Part shown: piece by piece, positions 63,562-64,000 of the stretch
How positions within the stretch are numbered: position 1 is the stretch's first letter
How the letters are laid out: every line of letters starts with the position of its first letter
DNA from: Epiperipatus broadwayi
Taxonomy: Eukaryota; Animalia; Onychophora
NCBI GenBank assembly: GCA_028023455.1
Contig: JAQFVV010000003.1
Coordinates: forward strand, 9,238,001 to 9,302,000
Reading direction: 5' to 3'
Length of the DNA: 64,000 bases
The notes under the pieces: generated by a model
What the model was told of the DNA's origin: nothing
The model's database searches: none
Seen by the model: the letters and a program-made list of their open reading frames with translations, nothing else
Program-made: the position numbers and the translations under genes

Positions 63562-64000
63562 GTAAGTTTATGTTTATTATATGTGTGTGTTTGTACATGT
63601 AACTAAAAATTTTCCAATATTTTTCTTCTGTTTCAATATAAAGAATTTTTCCAGTGATCTTTGCCTTACAATGCGTTTTTTTTTTAAGATTGTTTCACCA
63701 TTATTGTATTTCTGTTTCTCAAATTAAGAATATTGAAATATTGGTATTAAAATTTTGAAATTAATGGTTTATTCATTTAAGCTTGTTCCAAAAAAAATAT
63801 TTGATTTGACAAGAAACCTTAGTAATTTAATACCAAACTTAGATTATGAGCCATGTTTGAATTAATATTACAATATAAGATTGCTAATGAAAATTAAAAA
63901 TAAGATTCTGATTATTACTGAATGGTAAAGAATAAAATTTAGTATTTAGCACATCTGATGTGAGCTCCAACCTTGATATATTAATATACATCATATATGT

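Overview
AT-rich animal (probably invertebrate) genomic DNA. The + strand carries seven coding exons (31061-63561) of a voltage-gated calcium channel alpha2/delta subunit gene (CACNA2D family: VWA_N region and a VWA domain with an intact DASGS MIDAS motif). The exons splice in frame through GT-AG introns; upstream and downstream exons were not found in the window. The rest is non-coding DNA packed with decayed transposons: a near full-length RTE-X-like LINE (PHD + SGNH esterase ORF1; APE-RT ORF2), two internally deleted Gypsy remnants, a DD41D (rosa/Visitor) mariner, two Merlin elements with TIRs and 8-bp TSDs, an RTE remnant, a tRNA-Gly-derived pseudogene and at least eight Penelope-like (PLE) loci. 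The most striking signal lies in the PLEs. Four are head-to-head fold-back palindromes, three of them with a one-sided tail and a target-site duplication. Seven loci carry minimal type-I hammerhead ribozyme motifs with palindromic stem III, and the catalytic 3-8 base pair occurs in three Watson-Crick versions: canonical C3-G8, U3-A8, and A3-U8 in two separate loci. All structural calls were made by eye and need computational and biochemical confirmation.
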